This document shows positions 62,296 to 64,000 of a DNA stretch of 64,000 bases, piece after piece (the stretch's first letter is position 1; each line of letters starts with the position of its first letter). The notes under the pieces are model-generated. The model searched no databases. It saw only the letters and a list, made by a program, of their open reading frames with translations, and was not told the DNA's origin. The stretch comes from Squalus acanthias (lineage: Eukaryota). The stretch is from contig CM059432.1 of assembly GCA_030390025.1 (NCBI GenBank), forward strand, positions 64,048,001-64,112,000. The letters run 5' to 3'. A program made the translations under genes and the position numbers.

Positions 62296-62839
62296 GGGGA
62301 GAAATTGGTTAGCGCCCAACGAGCTATTGATGCCTGACGCACCTCCAGAGGCAGCTCGCTGGTTTGAGGATTTCCAATTTGAGCCAGCTGCTTTGCTGGC
62401 AGTGACCCTCAGGTACGTCGTTGGGAGAAGGAGGGAAATGGGAGGCTCTCAGGAATGCTGTGCAGCTGGGAGAAACATTCCTGCTCTGCCTGGCTCCATG
62501 TCAAGATACAATTTTTAAAAGATGTACCTATTTATTGGCAGCCACTGGTTAGACCCCAGCAAACGTTGTCAAGTCTGAATAAAGTCAGCCCAGCATCTGC
62601 TCCGCTTAGCACGGCCCAATTTCTTCAAGAGATCCTTAAATAGGCATTCGGCCTAATTAAAGGGGCCTAACATTTATTTAAGACAACTGCCCATCACACC
62701 TAAATATCTTCCAAGGCCAATGTAGCAATGGACATATTTCAGATATCCTTGGTACGCGGGACATAGCCCCGCAAAATTGTTCCTTTGTGTCCTCATTTTC
62801 TGCCCGGATAATGTGTGCAACGAGAACCAATTTATTCCC
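62296..62839. mobile_element. MITE
   Basis: TIRs GGGGAGAAATTGGTT / AACCAATTTATTCCC. Confidence 0.65.
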
Positions 62840-63767
62840 TAGTCATTTGTTCGCAGTTATCTGATCACAGCTGGCACTATACTTAGCCTCGTGTCTCCAG
62901 AGTAAAGAGATGAAAAAGCAAGACAGCAATTTCATTTCTGATCACTATCCAGTAAAAGAGTTGTATATATAGAGGAGAATGCAGTCATATTAACTTCAGC
63001 TATAATATTCCGCATTCCTCTTCAGGGCTTCAGCAAAGATAAGGTGGTCACACAAAACGCACGGCAAAACACCATTCAAACTTGATTTAAATATTCCTAA
63101 AATCATGATGCTGATTAGAATTTCTAATCTGAATAAAATTAATTTTCAGCACCTGGGTACGAAGGATTGCATGTACCTCGGCTGTTATTGGCTATACTGA
63201 CTGTAAAAATAAAACCTTTCCCAAACAATTCCACAGAAACAATTGAAATCAGATTCCTTTTACATTCTGGAAGTAGAACCTTGTTCTGGTTCAGACATTT
63301 TGATTAAAGACAGTATGGAAATTCTTAAAATAAATATGAAATAAGACAAAGCAAAGGATGGAGGTGGGTTAGTGAGGTGTAAAATTCTGATGACTATCTT
63401 GTAGGCATCAACTTTAAACTATTGTAGGAGTGGAATTGAATTTTAGTGGTAAAGCAGTTGACAATGCTTATTTTATGCTAATCGAAGCTTCAAGTAAAAA
63501 ATGTGTTTAAAATGACCCTTCACTGAGGTAAATACCATCATTAATGAATAATCAATAAAGAGTTCAGCAGTTCAATGGAACCCACTTAAATAATTCATAT
63601 ATACAATTATAAAAGTCAGGTTTGCTGTGGAAGACATTGCTTGGCTATTTCACAGCTGAGATACCATGATCTTTTGGTAATCCAGAATATTTTCCAGATG
63701 TGAAGCATAATAAAAATATCAAAAAGATGCATTATTTTGCACTGAAAAGTATTATTAGAGAAAAGCA

Positions 63768-64000
63768 AGTCAAAAGTGTACAGAAATAGTCAGCAGGTCA
63801 GGCAGCATCTGTGGAGAGAGCGAGTGGTTGTAAAATTTGGCTCCACAGTGCATGGTTTTTGGAGCTATGGGAGCCGTTTTGGGTCCAAAATGGCGTCTGC
63901 GCCACGTGCATGTGCACACTTCTGGTGCGGGCCATGCTGGATGCCATTTTGGTGAGGTCGTTAGCACGGGCCCTGGGAGCGTGCGCCGGAATTATGCAGA
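63768..64000. mobile_element. Penelope terminal-repeat fragment (63768-63820, minus strand) followed by the start of a MITE-like element
   Basis: CAGCAGGTCAGGCAGCATCTGTGGAGAGAG, then a GC-rich block running off the window end. Confidence 0.55.

Overview
Eukaryotic, repeat-dominated genomic DNA, almost certainly from a cartilaginous fish (shark-type repertoire: HE1/V-SINE, Deu-domain SacSINE-like SINEs, several CR1 subfamilies, two-gene Harbinger transposons). I found no host protein-coding exon I can support. The long ORFs are retrotransposon (CR1, L2, RTE, Vingi/Ingi, L1, Penelope) or Harbinger (Myb/SANT protein plus HARBI1-type DDE transposase) remnants, most of them frameshifted, and insertions are deeply nested. 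Main signals: (1) a 3.1-kb APE-RT LINE with no visible ORF1 (12157-15283) whose 5' segment and 3' tail are shared with a tRNA-headed SINE (40905-42421) and whose sense strand is almost free of T-runs, which suggests a possibly Pol III-transcribed LINE; (2) a minimal hammerhead ribozyme motif in a Penelope-like element (24428-24464, minus strand); (3) a nest of L2 > Harbinger > (solo LTR carrying a CTCF-like site + LINE); (4) a MITE family that keeps a mini-intron and hairpins in diverged copies. Family names come from motif recognition and recall, not database searches. Boundaries without TSD/TIR support are approximate (tens of bp).
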